Shown: one piece after another, positions 28,894 to 44,448 of the stretch
How positions within the stretch are numbered: the first letter of the stretch is position 1
How the letters are laid out: each line of letters begins with the position of its first letter
Source of the DNA: the human T2T-CHM13v2.0 reference genome, Homo sapiens
Strand: one strand, 5' to 3'
DNA length: 64,000 nucleotides
NCBI RefSeq assembly: GCF_009914755.1
Contig: NC_060930.1
Program-made: the position numbers and the translations under genes
Notes under the pieces: generated by a model
Databases searched by the model: none
Seen by the model: only the letters and a program-made list of their open reading frames with translations
Told to the model about the DNA's origin: nothing

Positions 28894-29766
28894 TGTGGGG
28901 AAAAGCAAGAGAGATCAGATTGTTACTGTGTCTGTGTAGAAAGAAGTAGACATAGGAGACTCCATTTTGTTCTGTACTAAGACAAATTCTTCTGCCTTGG
29001 GATGCTGTTAATCTATGACCTTACCCCCAACCCCGTGCTCTCTGAAACATGTGCTGTGTCAAACTCAGGGTTAAATGGATTAAGGGTTGTGCAAGATGTC
29101 CTTTGTTAAACAGATGCTTGAAGACAGCATGCTCCTTAAGAGTCATCACCACTCCCTAATCTCAAGTACCCAGGGACACAAACACTGCGGAAGGCCACAG
29201 GGACCTCTGCCTAGGAAAGCCAGTTATTGTCCAAGGTTTCACCCCATGTGATAGTCTGAAATATGGCCTCGTGGGAAGGGAAAGACCTGACCGTCCCCCA
29301 GCCCGACACCCGTAAAGGGTCTGTGCTGAGGAGGATTAGTAGAAGAGGAAAGAATGCCTCTTTGCAGTTGAGACAAAACTGCCTTAGGCCTGGAGGTGGG
29401 ACATGCGGGCAGCAATACCGCTTTGTAAAGCATTGAGATGTTTATGTGTATGCATACCTAAAAGCACAGCACTTGATTCTTTACCTTGTCTATGATGCAA
29501 AGACCTTTGTTCACATGTTTGTCTGCTGACCCTCTCCCCACTATTGTCTTGTGACCCTGACACATCCCCCCCTCGGAGAAACACCCATGAATGATCAATA
29601 AATACTAAGGGAACTCAGAGGCTGGCGGGATCCTCCATATGCTGAACGCTGGTTCCCTGGGTCCCCTTATTTCTTTATCTATACTTTGTGTCTTTTTCTT
29701 TTCCAAGTCTCTCGTTCCACCTAACGAGAAACACCCACAGGTGTGGAGGGGCAACCCACCCCTTCA
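28894..29766 (+). mobile_element. Solo HERV-K(HML-2) LTR5 (LTR5_Hs-like), internally deleted
   Basis: TGTGGGGAAAAGCAAGAGAGATCAG...GGGGCAACCCACCCCTTCA; perfect 6-bp TSD GAGGAG (28888-28893, 29767-29772); AATAAA at 29597-29602. Confidence 0.96.
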
Positions 29767-29829
29767 GAGGAGTTCATCTCAGTAAGGTAGACCATGAGAT
29801 CATTCACCAAGCCAGAGATTGTCCTTTGG

Positions 29830-30700
29830 TCTGGTGACATCTTCGAGTGGCTGCTGCAGGCCAGGAGCTGTGCTGGGCACCAAGCGTGCAAAGTCGAATA
29901 ACACAGAAACCCGTTTTCAAGGAGTGCATAATGGCTTTAAAGGAGAGAGATTTGAAAACAAATTATTACAACTAAGTATAATAAGTGCTCTAATAGAAAT
30001 ATCCACTGGGTGGAGTGGAGCACAGAGGAAGGAGTGATCAGGACAACCTATGGAGGAGGGAGGGAAGGCGGTTCAGAGGAGGCTTCTTGTAACTTGTGTA
30101 CTGAATCGCAAATATTTCAAGTATGTAAAGAGTAACCTGGGTGGGAACACTCTGGCCAGAGGGAGCACCATGTCCAGAGGCAGCCAGTAGCATAGTGGGT
30201 TAGAGGGAGGGCAAGTTTGAACCGCTAGTGTGTAAGGTTCAAGGGGAGAATTGGGGTAGGAGAAGGAGGTGGCATGCCTGGGCAAAAAAATTGGAGAGGT
30301 GAGTGACGGCCAGGCTACAGAGGTCCTGTTTTCTGTATAAGGAGGCTGGACTTTCCTCCTACAGGAATGGAAGTCATTGATGAGTTTAAATCAAAGATTT
30401 CACATCTGAGGCCATGTGGAGGAAGAATTGGAAGAATTCCTGATGAGAAGCAAGAAAAGCAATGACAGTTTGAGTTTGGGAAACAACTATTGGATAGAGA
30501 AAAGGAAACTGAAAAGAGAGGGGCTTAATTGATACAATTAATGAGATTTGGCTTCCGTCTGAATGTAAGGGTGAGGAAGGAGGAGTCCAGAAGACTCCCG
30601 GGTTCGTGGCATGGGGAAATCAAGGATGGAGTGCCCATCCCTAAGATAGAAAACAAATGTAGAGGGGGAACCTAGTTGGGAGTTAGGATGATAAAGTTTG
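29830..30700 (-). mobile_element. Degraded L2 LINE fragments
   Basis: GCCAGGAGCTGTGCTGGGCAC...GGACTTTCCTCCTACAGGAATGGAAGTCATTG, L2-like; edges approximate. Confidence 0.5.
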
Positions 30701-31329
30701 AAATGTAAAAGTGGTTAAGAGGAATGAAATAAACAATCAATCATAAGTGGTTATCAAATGGTACGAGGGTCAAGTTGAAGTTAGCCGCATGAATCAGTAG
30801 TAACATCACCAGGAGGTGACCTAAGCTTCCCAGCAGAGCTTAGGAGTGAAGCAGAGAAAACAGGTTCATCTTTCCTCTAGAGCAAAGTGCGGGAATGTGA
30901 GAGTGGTAGAAGGTCAAGCAGAAAGAGAACTATCAGGCACCAGTGACGGTGCAGCTCAATGTCACTGAGCTTGAGCTCTGTGCCAGGATAGATGAGGAGC
31001 CAGAGGAAAGCCTAGTAAAGAGTTCCGGGACAGTGAAGGGAACAGAAGGTGTTTCTGAGGTCAAACAGAAGTTCAGTGGGAGACGTAGGGATAAGTGGCT
31101 ATGGTCAGGATAGAGAATCGCAACATGTAGGATGCCAGAGGTAGAGTGCTTTCAGTTGACCTTGAGTTCTAAGATGTGGCTGTGCTCCAAGGGGGCTACT
31201 TGCACTAATGTGGCTCGGGTAGTGTCTGAAGTTAGATTTGAGAATTTGATCAGAGAGGACAGTAAGCATGGATGAGGAAGTCACTGTGACTCATGGCAGG
31301 GGAGGGTGGAGGGCACCCTCTGAGGAAGA

Positions 31330-31810
31330 TGGAGATATATCCTGAAAGCCCTTCCTGCGGTCTATGAGGCCGGGTGCCATCTGCCTCCCGCCAGCCTCTC
31401 TTCCTGCGGCCCTGGTCCAGCCTCCCCACTCCAGCCCAGTGGGCCTTCTTTCAGTTCCTTGAATGCCCTGGACTTTGTTTCACCCCAGGGCCCTCACAAG
31501 TGCAATTTCCTCTTCTCAGAATTTCTAACACCCTTCAGCTTCTGCTCTACCTTCTTCCACTCCAATCAGATCTCATTTTGAATATCACTTCCCCAAGAAG
31601 ACTTTCCCCAAATCGTCGGGCCTTAAGTCTGTGTTAGAACCCTCTGTCAAACTTCCCCCTATTACCTAGTACTTCTTAGCATTTACCACAATTGTAACTC
31701 AGTATGGTGTAATGATTTGCTTATGGCCAATCTCAGTGGATAAGCTTTTTGAGGGCAGACACCCTACCTGCCTTGTCTATTAATACAACTCAGTCCCTAA
31801 TAGAGGACCC
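31330..31810 (+). mobile_element. L2 LINE 3' fragment
   Basis: GGCCTTCTTTCAGTTCCTTGAATG...CAGGGCCCTCACAAGTGC...TAAGCTTTTTGAGGGCAGA. Confidence 0.6.
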
Positions 31811-32619
31811 ACTGATGCATTTTTACCTACCCTTGGTCTGTGAGGATTGGAAGTGGCACAATGCAATGTATGCGGTATTTTGATATAAAATATTGAACTA
31901 ATATTCCAGAAATACATTTAAAATGTTAGATTAAATGTGTAAGTGAATGTGAAGGTAAATGGTTCACTGGATGGTGAAACAGCTAATCTCTCAAATTAAG
32001 ACTCTACAGCATATAAATATATAGGCTGCTGCTACCCAAAGGACAATCTCTCAGTCTCTCCCGGAGTACCTCGCTGCCAGATCAATCTTCTTTAAACACC
32101 ATTTTTATCACAGGACTCATGCTTAAAATTTTCAGAGACTCCATTTCCCTTCCCTGCTGCAACTGAAGTCCCCCCACAGACTTGCAGTGGCCTTTAGAAT
32201 GTGTCTGGGCCCCGGCTCACTTCTGCTCATGGAAGGCTAGTTCTTTCATGCTTCCATTAACCTATCGGGCTCATTTTCCCACCTCCATGACTTGGCCCAC
32301 AGTGCCTCCCTTTCTTGGAAGGCCCTCACCTTTCTCCAGAACACACTGGGCATTGTCCCTGTCACTTAAGACCGACCTCAACTCTCAGTTCCTCCCTGGA
32401 GCTTCAGCCTCTGGCCGTTTCTTGCCTAGTTGTTTTAGGCTCCTTTGAATTCCTATAGCCCCAGAGAACCACAACATAGTTCTCAATGTATACTGTCCTG
32501 GATTGTTCAGTATAGATTCTTGGGAGTTATACACGTCTCATAATAGATAATAAATTCCTCATCAAACCAAGGGGAACCTAAAATAATGTAGATCACCCTT
32601 GTCTTCCCCCAGACTATGA

Positions 32620-33040
<421 letters not shown>

Positions 33041-34639
33041 TGAAATTTAACATATTTTGGAAAATATATTTTAGCATTGCTTTTCTTGTTTTTTCCCCTA
33101 GTCTCCTGCGAGTATATAGTTAATGGGATATGTTTGGGATGAATTATAAACAATCCCTTTCTAGAATACATTTACTGCCATAAGGATCTCTCCCAAGTCA
33201 GTTATTTGAGGTCATATGATATTTACAAGTGAGGCTGGACTAGGGATAGGAATTCCTGGTATTCTGTGTATTTTTCTAACTGACTGCAGTGACTCTCATA
33301 ACATATGAAGACATTATTACAAAGTATGTTTAAGGCAATTCAGGACTTTTTTGTGTGTGACTCTTATTTAAACAACTATTTCCAGTGATTTTCTTGGCTG
33401 TATATCCCATAGAAATTAGGCAAGCTCTGTCTTTGAATCGCTGAAGGCATATTTCTTATAAAACGAAAACAGTTTTCATTTAAAAAAAAAAAAACCTCTA
33501 TGTATTAAATCCATAAAAAAGAAAACAGAAAGGAAATCTACGTAACAAATGACAGTTAGTTACGTGTGTGTGGTTAAGGGCTCACTATCATTATATTCAT
33601 AAAAATATTAATTATGTGCAGGGCTAGAATCCAAGACATATCTATAACTCCTTAGGAAATAATGTACAGGCTCATAGTCACTAATCAGCTGAAAAAAAGT
33701 CCTTGGAAAATTTAGAGAATGTGAGATTATTTTGCTTAACCAAGAGAAATAACACTGGATGGTGGTCAAAGCTTATGAACACAGTTTGTATACAAAGATA
33801 GGCAGTTCATATATCATTCTTTATCCTTTGAGAAAAGGTAACATAACATTTCAAGGTTCCGTGTCCCTTTTGCAAGTAAAAAAAAAAACAAAATAAAAAA
33901 AAAAACGTGGTGGAGGCAATTCTGGAATATCCAGGAAATCTGATCTCACAAATGAGGAAGCTCCCAAATATGGGCATAGAGTGAGACCAATTTTCCAGTG
34001 CAAATCCTCTGAGGTATATGCAGTTGGGAATACCCTTATTAAAAATTCCTTTCCCAAATCCAGTTTTAGAAGATCTGTTTAATTGCTAGATAAAACAGAA
34101 AAAAAAAGTCTAAAACTCTTTTTAGATTACTGATGGGAAAAAACAACAGTCATGATGTGGGGAATCACCCAAAGTTTTCTATAGACTCATAGGATCCAAG
34201 TAATCAGAGGCACTAATTTCAGGAGCCCTGGTTCAAGTGGCATTTCCTTCTGATCCATAACGGGCACCTTTCTGTTTCATATTGTCTGTGCACAGTCCAC
34301 ATATGAGGCCAGGGTCATCACCCACACAGAAAAGAGACAAAAATATGTGTGCCACCCCTACCCGCTTCTGAAAATGAATCTACATCAAAATGCAGGATAC
34401 AGTCTGAACTTGTACAGTATGCTGTGTGACTAGACCAGGACTCTGGCTAGAGAGGTTAGTAAATGTGAAATACAAAGGCAAAAACTGTTATTTCCATTTG
34501 CACATGAATCATATTTGCTACCCGTCATAACCTAGTGACATAAAAGTATTGCAAATCCCCAGAGCCCCATTTGCTCCCTGGAAGGAAATCCCTGATCCCA
34601 CCGTCCCCAAGTCTGGCCAAGCTAATTTTATCCGAGGAC

Positions 34640-34900
34640 CTAGAGAGCCTGGGGTAAAGACTGTCAGCCTGGAGACTAAGAACAAGGATGCAGCAGCCAG
34701 ATTGTGCTGCCACTTAAAGAAAGCATGGCTTTGGGCATATTATTTACCCTCTCAGTCTCAGTTGCCTTATCTATTAAATGGGTTTAATAATAGTGCTTAC
34801 TTTACAAAGTGATCATGGGGGTAAACTAAACCTACATATTTTCTGCTTAGAAAACACTAGACCATTGCCAAGCAGAGGATATTAATAAATGCTATATAAC
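34640..34900 (+). mobile_element. MIR SINE fragment
   Basis: CTTTGGGCATATTATTTACCCTCTCAGTCTCAGTTGCCTTATCTATTAAATGGG...AATAATAGTGCTTAC. Confidence 0.6.
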
Positions 34901-35572
34901 TGTCAGCTATATTCATTGCTCTGATTACTTTAATACCAACCGTGTCCTTGTGCCTTGCCAACAGTTCTCCTGAGGGTTTCTGCTGCCTGCCCTATAAAGG
35001 CATCTTCATAAGAACTCTGCACTGACCTTACCTGCCCTTTATAGAACTGAACTTCATTCTGAATTCCTCAAAGAATTGTCCTCAAAATTGTATGACTGTT
35101 GACAACTGCAGTGTAGCGATCAGCAAATTCTCTCTCAGGTCATCTTTGAGTGGGTTGGCTCTGAGGTCCAGTCAGGTTCTGAGGGACTCTTGTCCTCACA
35201 GCCTGCTTCAGTCAGTGATGCTAAGATTGTAAGTCTAACCTTGTAATTCATCTCTGTCAGGTATCACAAACGCTTTCCCTGCATTAACTAATTTCTTTTT
35301 CTTGTCACAATCACCCTGTTTTTAGCCTCACTTTGGACATGAGGAAATTAAGGTACTAAGACATTAAAAACTTTGTTGTGTCACCCTGCTGGAAGTGACA
35401 AAGGCTGTCACAGGCAAATCTGGCCCCACGCTCTAGATGAGGTGCTCCCTCATGTTAGTCACCTGCCTGCCACCTGTTTTGGTTGGTGGTGGTTTCACAA
35501 AATCTCAGAACCTGGGCTATCCTCTTTGGGATGCTCTTCAACACTTTGGGATCAAGGCCACTGAATTTTCTA

Positions 35573-35841
35573 GACTGGGGGTCAGGGAACTATGGCCCAT
35601 TAACTAATTTTTTTACATATTCAATGGTTGAAAAAAATTAAAAAATACTTTGTGCCATATGAAAATTATATGAAACTCAATTTTCAGTGTCCATAAATAA
35701 AGTTCTCTTGGAACACAGCCACACTCATTTATCCATGTATTATCTATGGCTGCCTTCGAACTTCAGTGGCAGAGATGAAGAGATGTGACAGAGACCATAT
35801 GGCCCACAAAGCTGGAAATATTTACTATCTGGCCAACCCTG
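35573..35841. mobile_element. MER58-type hAT DNA transposon
   Basis: GGGGTCAGGGAACTATGGCCC...AATAAAGTTCTCTTGGAACACAGCCACACTCATT...GAGACCATATGGCCCACAAAGC...AATATTTACTATCTGGCC. Confidence 0.8.
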
Positions 35842-38354
35842 CTGTAGATTCTTGCTTCTCCACATGTGGTGCAGATACCACCAGCAGCAGCAGCAGCTGG
35901 GACTTTATAAGCAAAGTAGTACCTCTAAGGATTACGGGGAGGAATAGAGATATTGACTATACTGAACTCATCACAGTACCAGCCACATAGCAAGCAAATA
36001 AATGGAAACTAAATGGTAGCTCATAAGATTGTGAATCCTGGGCATTTGGGACATGTGACTTCCTTAGTAAGAAGTTCCATGGAAAGTCAGGAAACATTTT
36101 CATTATATTTGATCAAAAGTGAAGATCAATAATGTGTAAAGCTGTCATAGAATGAGTAAGGAGCTTCCTGCCTACTCCTCATCCTCCTAATTTCTCCCAC
36201 ATATGCCCTGCACCCAGACACTGCACATGCCACCTGCAGCTTCAGCCCCACCCGAGGCTCTGCAATAACCATGTCCTTAGTCATTGCTCAGGTGAGTCGG
36301 CATCAAGTCAACCCCACTCAGAGACCTGCTTTCACCACGTGCCCTACATTCTGAAACTGGGTGTCTGCCTTATGCCTCATTTATTCACTCAACAAACACT
36401 TAATTACCTCCCATGTGCCAAGCAGAGGGCCTCCTCTTGGAAACAATATAGCAATAAGCAAAACAGACATATAGTTTCTAGAAACAAGCCTTCCCCTTAC
36501 ACCCCAGTGAGTCAGTTTTTTTGTCCAAGTATCTGCCTTCCTAAAACCCTAAATATTCCACTTCCTCCAAGAATAAGTCCCAGATTTGCTCTCCCAGTTC
36601 TTGTAGGAATGAGGTCCTCTGACATCTAGTCCAGCCAACATCTCCTGCCAGCTCTGTAACTATGCGTGTCTCCACATACTTCTGCTCCCGGACTCCAGGC
36701 CTTTTCCCCAATTGGACCATCAATGTGATGCTGATCTTCCAAATACCTTTCCCACCCACCCAGTGCTGCTTCCCAGGCCCTAGGCCCTCCATGCCTACTT
36801 GGAGCCTCTTCTCTGACAGAGCATCCCTTTGGGTACTTTAGTGACAAACCCTCATTCTTTACACGACAGGCCTCACCAGCCTGTGTGGGAACAATCCCAT
36901 GCTGATTGCATCGATGGAAACTCTAAAAGGAATCCTGGCTTTGTTCATTCACCTTTTTTGATCATGGGGTAGTCCTTATGTTTGGTGACTCATATTGAAA
37001 CGCCTTGAGTGTTCCCTTCCCTGGGCAATCAGTTTCCCCTGATTCATTGGCCACATGCTTTTCCCTTGGGGAATAAGTAATTTGCTAGGCCATTTTTCCT
37101 ACTTGCTGATGTATTTCTCAGAGGTTGAATAGGTTACCTGGGAAAGGCCAAATGGAAGTGTGACATAAATAAGTTTTCTGCCAAATGAAGGCATTAAAAA
37201 ATTAAGACAATTTAACAGAGTACTCCTTGGATATTGATGTGATAGCATTTTCTGTCACATAAAAATGAAAACCTTATCCTCCTGCAAATGCAGCTGAAAA
37301 GATAGTTAGATTTCCTAGGATATTATTCAGACTGATTTTCAAGATAGACCAGGAACTACAGCCCTCAGTCAAGGTGCAATTTTACTAGCGAAAACAAGGT
37401 ATACACTAATAATACCTAGCATGACAATGCTTCTGTTCCAGATGAAGGAGCATGCTCTGACATGCAGTCAAATCATATTTCAATTTATTTTACAGTTGGT
37501 TTTATTTAGCTTCTTTAAAATCAGCTAAATTAAGCACTGTGTTAATAGCACAGACTTTGAAGACAAGCAAATTTCCAGATGCAGTTTTACCAGTTTCTAG
37601 AGCTGTGACATTAACACTCAGTTATTCTGTCTGTAACATGGGATAATGATACTTACTTCAGAAAATTAAATATGATAAAGCGAATAAAACAGTTAGCTCA
37701 TACTTAGTATACAGTGAGCGTGCCATAAGGTGTATTACATATATGGATATGGGGTGCTGAGTGTCGGGAGACAATAAATCCAGACTCTACATGTGATCGA
37801 CATCTGAGCAATCTTATCAACCCCCCTGTTATCCTATGGAGGGAGATCCTCTACCTTCAAAACAAAAATAAAGTAGCTTTGAAAGCTGTAATGTATTTTT
37901 AATATTTTCTTCCTCCTGTCCAGAGTTGTCAAGAGAGATGTGAAATGTGACTTTTATGCAATCACCTCTTTCTGGGTCCTGATACTTCCCTTGATCGGCA
38001 CGGCAGCCATACCCTGAATATCTCCTGTCCAAAGATGGCCACAGATACCCCTAGTGGGACTTCTGGTTGTCTCAATTCACTTTTCACAGAGGTGAGCAGG
38101 ACATAGTGAGTGCGACATAAGTAGAAAAAGAGTTCCTATTTCAAGGGTAGAGCCAAGTGTGAGTCACAACCATGGAAATTTGAGATTATTGAAAGACCGA
38201 TTTATCTTATTAGATTAGTCACACATAGTCCAGGATATGGCGATAAGTGTGCATTTGTCATGCTTTAATTTTTTAAGTGTGTGTTATGACCAGGCACTGA
38301 CTATTATCTTCATTTAATCTTTACAATAACTCTTTGCAGGAAGTACCATTATTA

Positions 38355-39640
38355 TACCCTCTTCACATTTAAACACTCTATGACATCTATACTTAGAAAC
38401 TTCAAAATACTACTGAGGAGCACAAAAAGTTAAATAGGCATATCATAATCTTCAGTAAAAAGGTCCAATATCATAAATATGTTAAGTCATCCTAAATTAA
38501 TTCATAAGTTTAATGCACTACCCCTCACAAAATAGTAATTAATTTTGTTGGGAGTCGGGGGAAGACTAGATTAATGGATACTGAAGTTCATATGAAAAAA
38601 TAAACAAGTAACATTAGCGAGGAAAATCATAGAAAAAAGTTAGAAGATACTCTATTAGACAGTAAAGCATGTTACAAAATTCCGATTTAAACAATGCTTT
38701 CTTTGCCTAAGAACAGACAAGAAATTAATGGAACAGACTAGAAAGTCCAATACATCAAAATACACACAGAAGGGTTGGGCGCAGTGGCTCACGCCTGTAA
38801 TCCCAACACTTTGGGAGGCTGAGGCAGGAGGATCACTTGAGGTCAGGAGTCCAAGATCAACCTGGCAACAAGGCAAAACCCTGTCTCTACTAAAAATACA
38901 AAAATTAGCCAGGTGTGGTGGCAGGCACCTGTAGTACCAGTACTTGGGAGGCCAAGGCAAGAGAATCGCTTGAACTTGAGAGGCAGAGGTTGCAGTCAGC
39001 CCAGATCGCACCACTGCACACCAGCCTGGGTGACAGAGCGAGACTCTGTCTCAAAAACAAACAAACAAACAAAACACACATGAAAATTTAGTACATGCTA
39101 AATTCAGTTGGTATGCTAAATTCAGTGGCAATTGATGTATTATTTAGTAAATGGTATTGTAACAACTGGGTGGCCATATGGAGAAATACAATAAAATGAG
39201 GTCTCTACTTTACAGCTTAAAATAAAATAAATTCCAGATGGAATAAATATTTAAATATGAAAAACAAAGTCACAAATTTTTTTTAATTGGGAGTATTTAT
39301 TTATTTTTTTAATTTCAGAGTGGGAAAGATCTTTCTAAATATGACTTAAAAAACCCAGAAGCCATAAAACAACTTTTAAAAAAACTCTGCTTGGTACTTT
39401 GGAAAGACATGCAAGATGAAAAATAAAATAAAATAAAACTGTGTTTGGAAAACTATCCCATATACAAAGATAAAAGACAAACTTTGCATATACAAATAAA
39501 AATACATGTATATTTGCAATTCATACAACAGACTAAGGGTTAATCCCTATATATAAACAGTTCTTAAACTTTGATAAGAAGGCCAATACCCAAGGAAAAA
39601 TGCACAAAAGATGAGCGGTTACAGAAAGGGAAATAAAAAT
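38355..39640 (+). mobile_element. Ancient L1M ORF2 fragment, interrupted by an Alu
   Basis: AAATGGTATTGTAACAACTGG...AAATAAATTCCAGATGGAATAAATATTTAAAT...AAACCCAGAAGCCATAAAA. Confidence 0.6.
38773..39073 (+). mobile_element. Alu (AluS-like)
   Basis: Full Alu body with (AAAC)n tail. Confidence 0.95.
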
Positions 39641-39649
39641 AGTTATTTA

Positions 39650-39945
<296 letters not shown>

Positions 39946-40569
39946 AGTTATGACCCACCACATTGCAGCATTGGCTCCTGCAGAAAGAGACTGGAAACTG
40001 CCTAAATGTTCATCGATAGTTAAGTAATGGTACAGCCATATCATGGAATGCTGTGCAGCCATTAAAAAAACTAATAATGTAGATTGCTTGTGCTGATATG
40101 GACGACTCCAAGATCTTTTCGGGTAAAAAGTATGTAAGCCTGAGAAAAGAACCTTCCAGAAGCTGAGAAACTTGCCTAAAATAACACTGCTATAAGGAGG
40201 GTAGTTGCTACTAGAACTCAGCTCTGTCTCAGTGTAGAGCCCTGCTTGTATTGGGCTCTGGGCACTGCTGTCGTTATACTGTGGGAAAGTCACATTGCTG
40301 GTAAGATGGGGAGGGTCACTGGATGCCCTGTTTTTGTGACTCCGTGGATCCATTGTTTCTTTGGGCAGTTTTTCAAAGAGTAGGGGACAGAGCATGGGAT
40401 GAGGTATTGACTATAAGACTGACCTATTGAACAATTGTTTCTTGAGCACTTTATTAATGCTTTTCCCTTAACATGTGTCAGAGACATCCAGGACAAGCAG
40501 GGAGGTAGGGCTTCCTTGATCCTCTTAGGATCACTGGAGCCACCTTGAAGCTGAGGGATCTAGTATTGG

Positions 40570-40937
40570 TGCTATGGTTTGGCTCTGTCCCCACCCAAAT
40601 CTCATCTTGAATTGTAGCTCCCATAATTCCCACATTTTGTGGGAGGGACCCGGTGGGAGATAACTGAATCATGGGGGCAGTTCACCCATACCGTTGTCAT
40701 GGTAGTGAATAAGTCTCATGAGATCTGATGATTTTATAAGGTGTTTTCTCCTTCCCTTGGCTTTCATTCTCTTTTTGCTGGCCATGGAAGACATCCCTTT
40801 GCTCTTCCTTCATCTTCCACCATGATTGTGAGGCCTCCCCAGCCATGTGGAACTGTGAGTCAGTAAAACCTTTTTCCTTTATAAATTACACAGTCTTGGG
40901 TATGTCTTTATTAGCAGCATGAGAACAGACTAATACA
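40570..40937 (+). mobile_element. THE1 MaLR solo LTR
   Basis: TGCTATGGTTTGGCTC...GACTAATACA; 5-bp TSD ATTGG at 40565-40569 and 40938-40942. Confidence 0.92.
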
Positions 40938-41466
40938 ATTGGGAAACATGAAAGTTTGTTCCCTCTGTCCTCTGCTCCTTGGAAAGCATTTTGTACCTTG
41001 AAGAAAGCTAGATATTTATGCCAAAACCTTTTCCATTCTGAAGGGGAAAGCACTCAGCAAACTAGAGCATTGACAGTAGTTGAAGGGCATGTGGCAACAT
41101 CCCAAGTCAGTTCACAAAAGGAAATGAAGGCAGAGCTCTTATCTAGTTAAAACAGCTTGGGGAAAGAAAATGGGCAAGGGGTTATTACCTACCTTGGCAT
41201 TTGGCCCAGAAAAGAAAGGTTGGTATTTCTTTTCTTAAAAAAAACTGTCAGGAAACCTCAAATTATAATCCTTGCTTTAGAGCTATAGAGAATTTTTCTT
41301 TCCTGAATCCCAGGGTACTTGACATATATGAATTATTTGGCCTTTGGAATGCTTCCTTAAAAAGCAATTACTGCATTAATTTTTGTATAGGTGGGGAAGT
41401 TAAATAAGATTAAGGTTTGACGAATTTACAAAACAATGTAAAGGCCCAACCTCTGGCATCTTTTCT

Positions 41467-42088
<622 letters not shown>

Positions 42089-42634
42089 TAGATTGTGGTC
42101 TATTGAGCAGTCAGAAAGCCTGGGTTTGATTTCTGGTCTGCACTAACCTGCTATGTGCTCCTGTGCATTCCGATTTACCTCACTGAGGCCGTTTCTTCAT
42201 GAGGAGAAACTCAATGAGGAAATTTGTGTTAAATCAGATTATCAAGAGTTGCAGTATTATATAAAGCCAACGGAAGCAAGGCTGTTTTGGTTGGATTTGA
42301 AGAGGAACCATGGACGCACATCCTTTCTTGCCCATCTGCATGGCCTGAGAATAACCTTCATATCCTCTCCAAGGAACTCTAGGATTCCTATGTAGAAAGT
42401 AGCCAGAAAATGATCAGTCCTGATGGTTTTGAAGATCTCAAACTGTACCATTCAATAGTTCTATACCTGTAAAAATAAGTAAATGTGTAAAGGAATTCTT
42501 GAACTCCCTTGCAAAATACCCTTTACCCCAAGATATGGAAAACAACCATAAAATACCTTGTTGTAGCTTTTAGTTTTGTTAATTCCAAGCAAACCTTACA
42601 ATAAAAAGACTTCTCCTGTCAGTAAAGTGAGCAA

Positions 42635-42860
42635 ATAACAACTAACATTTATTGAGTGCTTACTATATGCCACTCACTGTTCTAAGCATATTGCATGTAT
42701 TAACTTATTTAATCCTCCTAATAACCCTAAGTCCTATTATTATCTCCAATTTTTCAAATTCAAAACCAAAGCAGAGAAGCAAGTAACTTGCCCAAGGTTG
42801 TTTAGTAAGTGGCAGAACAAGCTTTGAACCCAGCAGTATGATTCAGACCCTATACTCAGA
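42635..42860 (-). mobile_element. MIR SINE
   Basis: AACATTTATTGAGTGCTTACTATATGCC...TTTAATCCTCCTAATAACCCT...AAGTAACTTGCCCAAGG...TTTGAACCCAG. Confidence 0.75.
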
Positions 42861-43141
42861 TTCCCATATAAAATGTTATCCACTGTAATATCAAATCATA
42901 TACAATTTTCTTGATGGAATCATAGAAAGATAAAATAGTGGAGTTGGAATGACTTAGGGATCAATGCATCCAGATCCTTCATTTTATAAATGAACAAAAT
43001 GAGGCCAATTTAAGAAGGGAAAAAAATAATCTCTTAATCTCTTGGTTCAGCTGAAAGTTCCACTGTTTTTTCTAAAGTTTCTCAAAATGATTTATATAAG
43101 AATTTGTACCTTAAAGACATTTAAAAAAAAAAATAGGTATT

Positions 43142-43422
43142 GGCCAGGCACATTGACTCACACCTATAATTCCAGCACTTCAGGAGGCCGAGGAAAGAGG
43201 ATTACTTGAGGCCAGGAGCTCAAGACCAGCTTGGGCAACAAAGCAAGACCCCAACTCTATAATAAATTATAAATTAGCTGAGTGTGGTGGCGCAAGCCTG
43301 TAGTCCCAGCTACTCAGGAGGCTGAAGCAGAAGGGTCGGTGAAGGCCACAGTGTGCCATGATCACACCACCATACTCCAGCCTGGGTGACAGAGTGAGAC
43401 CTTGTCTCTAAAAAAATAATAA
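43142..43422 (+). mobile_element. Alu (AluJ-like, short right arm)
   Basis: Alu body with a deletion in the right arm and an A-tail. Confidence 0.9.
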
Positions 43423-44448
43423 AACTTTTAAGAATTTGAAAATTAAAAAAAACAGGTATCAGCTCAGACAAACAGAAGCTTTAAGGCTTAGAGTAAATGA
43501 TCATTAGTTTAGAAGGTTATTAATGTTCTGTTGTGAATTTTTTATTTAAATTATCCAATTTAGCACTAGAAAGACACTTTGAAAATAGCAGCATCCAGAG
43601 TTCCGCATTGTTCGTTCAGTTATCACAAAGTAAACAGCTGTAGCAAGGGAATAAGACATAGCAGGCTGTGCAGTTCTGAACAATTATTGCTAAAATGCCT
43701 AAGGCCAAGAATTTTTCAGCCACCCAAGAAGTATAATAATTTTCTCGAAGTTCAAAGCCAGAGATGTATATATGAATTAAGTTCTTACATAAAAAATCTT
43801 TTGCAAAAATCTCAAATCCCATACTTGCTCAAGTTAGGATGTTTGACACCATTGAGAACCAACCAAACAATGACTGTTTGGTTCAACCAGAGAACCTAAG
43901 AACCAACCATGAAAGCCTCAAGAATCAAGGCATTTCTTACAGGTTTATTTCACACCTGAATTGTAACAAGTTGAGTGTTCCCAGAGGTACTTCTTAAGGT
44001 ATCATAAAAGTAACTTATTTCAAGAGAAAATTACATTTCATTGTAGAGATGAAGTATAATGCTTCTCTAGTTGTTTTCTGCAGAGAGCTGAACATGTCTC
44101 AAGATAGATTTGGTAGATTTATTTCAAATATGAAAAATTCAGGAACCCCTCCCCAACCCTCTCCTACTCCCTGGAAAGCATATACTAAAAATATGGCAAT
44201 TCCAACTTTTTCTCCTGAATGCCTAAATGCTCTCTAATAAAAACTAGAAATCAACAAGGCTAAATTCTAGGGATTTTATGAGAACAGAACCAGTTAAGAA
44301 AAATTAAAACATTTTTCCCATTAATATAAAACAAAAGATGAACACTTTTGCATGTAAGTTCATTTACAAATAAATTTTTAAAAATTAAAGTGCATGAAAA
44401 AACATTTTAAAACTTCCAGACATTAATATGGGAAAACAGCCAACTTGC

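Noticed and set aside
34020-34600. Cluster of kB-like words (GGGAATACCC, GGGAATCACC, GGAAATCCCT)
   Set aside because: All deviate from GGGRNNYYCC; an enhancer cannot be called from sequence alone
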